Source: Promethearchaeota archaeon (GTDB lineage Archaea; Asgardarchaeota; Lokiarchaeia; Sigyniarchaeales; SOKP01). Taken from it: a DNA stretch of 64,000 nt. Position numbers and translations under genes: made by a program. Below the pieces are notes generated by a model that was not told the origin of the DNA, did no database searches, and was given only the letters and a program-made list of their open reading frames with translations. The stretch is taken from NCBI GenBank assembly GCA_016839555.1, contig JAEOUA010000001.1, positions 32,001 to 96,000 on the forward strand, read 5' to 3'. Positions 61,317-64,000 of this stretch are shown here, in pieces (positions within the stretch are counted from its first letter, which is position 1; each line of letters begins with the position of its first letter).

Positions 61317-61601
61317 AGAAGCTTCATCATTTTTTTTTAATTTAGCTCACCTTTAAATTTATGTTTTTTTTTTAATTAATCCTTAAGATGTACTTTCATT
61401 TAAATTTTGTGTAAGTTACAAAACTTAAAATGGCTTTTTTTATTGGATGTCTCTCAGTTTAATCACATTATTTCTAAACTGTTTTTTATCTCCTCTTTAC
61501 CTTTAATAATAAATAATATTTTCTAAAAAACCCGTATATTATTATTGTTTAATATTTTTTTATATCAAAAGATAAATGAAAAATTTTAATTAGTAAAATA
61601 G

Positions 61602-62534
61602 ATGACACATCAATTTGAATATAAAGATTATTGGTTTAATTATGTTCTCGATGAAGATCCCCGAAAAATTAAAGATTTGATTAGAGAGGAATATATAACA
61701 TCGCAAGGAATTAAGATCCACTTAGATATTTATGATGATAAGAGTAAAAATTTAGAAAAAACAGTAATTTTTTCTCATGGAACTTCGGTCTATTCAAGAT
61801 TCTATGCTGAATGGTTATATAATCTTTATCAAAATGGATTTAGAATCGTAGCTCCAGATTTGCCTGGACATGGTTTAAGTGGGGGTGAGAGGGGACACTT
61901 TACAATGGAAATGTTTACTCAAACGATGTATGATGTAAACAGTTGGGTAATTGATAATTTTGGAGAAAAGAATGCCGTTATGGGCTCTAGTTTGGGAGGG
62001 ATAAATGCTCTCTATTCAGCAGCTTACGATGATGACCGATTAAAGGGTGCCGTATGCCATAATGCTGCAATTTTTAATGAAAAAGCTTATAAAAAAATTA
62101 TAGATATGACTTTCCTGCTTAGAATGCTTCTACCATTGGTTCCAATAACTGCAAAAATAGCACCAAAATTACATTTTAGCGTATTTTTATACTTGGATTT
62201 TTATCGTTTGTGTAAAACAGAAAGATTATTAGAGCGTATCCCTCTTATTTTAGAAGATGAGATATTTGCAGATAAATACACTGCTATGGGATTAAGAACC
62301 CAGTTAAGAGCACCACTTGCAAAACCAGTTGAAGAGATCAAAACACCTATAATGATTATTAATGGAGATGAGGATGCACTCTTTTCAGAAGATTATATGC
62401 GAGAAATCTATGAACGTTTAACATGCTCTAATAAGGAATTGCAAATTATAGAAAATGCTTCTCATCTAATATTTCAAGAAAATATCCCAGAAGCATTGGA
62501 ACGTATTGTTCCATGGTTAAATAAGGTATTATAA
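61602..62534 (+). CDS. Alpha/beta hydrolase, lysophospholipase-like
   Basis: HG, DLPGHGLSGGERG, GSSLGG, GDED, SH. Confidence 0.9.
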   Translation: MTHQFEYKDYWFNYVLDEDPRKIKDLIREEYITSQGIKIHLDIYDDKSKNLEKTVIFSHGTSVYSRFYAEWLYNLYQNGFRIVAPDLPGHGLSGGERGHFTMEMFTQTMYDVNSWVIDNFGEKNAVMGSSLGGINALYSAAYDDDRLKGAVCHNAAIFNEKAYKKIIDMTFLLRMLLPLVPITAKIAPKLHFSVFLYLDFYRLCKTERLLERIPLILEDEIFADKYTAMGLRTQLRAPLAKPVEEIKTPIMIINGDEDALFSEDYMREIYERLTCSNKELQIIENASHLIFQENIPEALERIVPWLNKVL

Positions 62535-62566
62535 AAAAGGAGTATTAAAGAAATTTGAATAATAAT

Positions 62567-63022
62567 TTAAGATAATAATTTTACATCCTCGATTTTTACT
62601 TCAACAACTTTGTCAAGTACCATAAACTTTTTTTTAATTTTATCAAGGAGTTCTGAATTTAAAGAATCTGCTTTTACATAAGATTCATAATAGCAATCAC
62701 CAAGATCGAAGCATAATCCTGTTGTATGAAGAATTTCTTTACTTAAATTTAACTCCTTTAAGATACTCGATATACCTTTTACCAAATTCGGTGAAAAATC
62801 TTCAATTTTGATTAGCATCTTCTTAATCTGATTATTGGAAATAGGAAAGCAATTAATTTTTATTACGTCTTTTCTTGGAATAAAAATTAGCAGATAGTAA
62901 GGCGATTTAATAACTTCCTTTTTAATTTCATCTGGGAATAAATTATTAGTTTTTAATTCTTCGTTATCTATAATCAGACCTATAGATATCTTATTTCTTT
63001 CCGCTTGATTATCACTACTCAT
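62567..63022 (-). CDS. Hypothetical protein with ACT-like C-terminal domain
   Basis: Beta-alpha-beta-beta-alpha-beta pattern in aa ~68-148. Confidence 0.55.
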   Translation of the reverse strand: MSSDNQAERNKISIGLIIDNEELKTNNLFPDEIKKEVIKSPYYLLIFIPRKDVIKINCFPISNNQIKKMLIKIEDFSPNLVKGISSILKELNLSKEILHTTGLCFDLGDCYYESYVKADSLNSELLDKIKKKFMVLDKVVEVKIEDVKLLS

Positions 63023-63261
63023 ACTTAATCCATTAAATAGATTCTTTAATTATTAATATAAACTTTCTCATATAAAATTGACTTTCTTCTTATATTAGAA
63101 TATGTATTTTTAGATAATATTTTATACATTATATCCTCGTATTATTTGAATCTTGCCTACATACTATATCAATTTTTAATTTAAACTCATTTTTTATATA
63201 TTAAATTTAATTATATGAACTTTTAATTAGATTTCTTCAATAAATTAGGATATCAAATAGT

Positions 63262-63753
63262 ATGGATCATTATTATTCATATGGATTTAAAGCTGATAGC
63301 TATGAAATACATAAAAATCTGTTTCATGCGATTTATTTTGTAGATTATATTAGTGGATCACTCTTATTGAGTACCAAATTTTCTGAGAATTCAAAGGTTT
63401 GTAGGACGAATGAAGATCTTATCAGTAGCTTTCTAAATGCTATTAATCTTTTCATTAGAGAAATAAGTGAAAATAGAGACAATAGAGACGAAATTCAGGA
63501 GATAAATTTTAAAGATACGAGAATTTTATATGAACGCAGGGGTAGACTCATGATCATAGCCATTTCGAAGAAAAATAATATTAAAATAGAAAGAGAGATT
63601 TTAAAAATAATTTCAGAGGATTTTTACAGTCGCTTTGAGCAAAAAATTAAAAATTTCAGAGGATTTATTGATAATGATATATTAAATTATAAAAATATCC
63701 TAAATACTTTGGATTTTCACAAGTTTTTTAGTTTAGATAAAGAATTGTATTAA
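63262..63753 (+). CDS. Stand-alone longin domain protein
   Basis: AIYFVD..SGSLL, DLISSFLNAINLFIREI, IQEINF, F..RFE..I..F.G. Confidence 0.78.
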   Translation: MDHYYSYGFKADSYEIHKNLFHAIYFVDYISGSLLLSTKFSENSKVCRTNEDLISSFLNAINLFIREISENRDNRDEIQEINFKDTRILYERRGRLMIIAISKKNNIKIEREILKIISEDFYSRFEQKIKNFRGFIDNDILNYKNILNTLDFHKFFSLDKELY

Positions 63754-63793
63754 AAAAAAGTCTTATGTACAGGCTGATCTAATTAATATTTTT

Positions 63794-64000
63794 TCACTTA
63801 ATACTTATAGGTTTTAATTCTTCTTCTGGCATGGAGGCCATTAATGAAATTACCGTTAATTTCATCTTAAGCATTTCTAGCACTTCCTCCCATAATTTTT
63901 GACAATGCTCAGACTCACCAGAAAGCCCAAAACTGTTTATTAATTCATTAAACTTAGATTCCAACCCTTTTTCTAATAATTCTTGGTTTTCTAAAGAAAG
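63794..64000 (-). CDS. 3' end of a gene running in from beyond the window
   Basis: 68 open codons (LSLENQELLEKG...EEELKPISIK) ending at TGA 63794. Confidence 0.65.
   Translation of the reverse strand, partial: LSLENQELLEKGLESKFNELINSFGLSGESEHCQKLWEEVLEMLKMKLTVISLMASMPEEELKPISIK

Noticed and set aside
61317-61352. AGGTGA SD-like site with an in-frame TTA upstream of the CMD gene, suggesting a non-canonical start or homopolymer error
   Set aside because: It cannot be distinguished from the annotated TTG start without reads or orthologs.

Overview
AT-rich archaeal DNA whose gene content points to an Asgard archaeon, probably Lokiarchaeia: a Loki-type profilin, ten small GTPases, many longin/roadblock domains, PSTK, CDC48 and tetraether synthase. 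The first ~17 kb is a signalling island. Six Rag/Arf-like GTPases, fused to longin, roadblock or winged-helix domains, enclose four soluble PAS/GAF histidine kinases and one stand-alone receiver. In the middle of the kinase block is a 225-aa protein (13002-13679). It joins a folliculin/SMCR8-like uDENN-longin domain, with the 'IKD-x-x-ARG' arginine-finger motif intact, to a His-less copy of a histidine-kinase DHp helix pair. This is the best candidate for an undescribed system: a physical link between two-component sensing and Rag-like GTPase switching. The rest of the window holds two Rab-like GTPase + V4R pairs, a polytopic membrane protein ending in wHTH-longin, an argS-agmatinase-DHS operon, hsp20 with a structured upstream region, a MoxR ATPase with a TraB/Tiki-like partner, catabolic enzymes and two gene remnants. 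I saw no rRNA, tRNA, CRISPR array or mobile element. All calls come from motif reading by eye; no searches were run.
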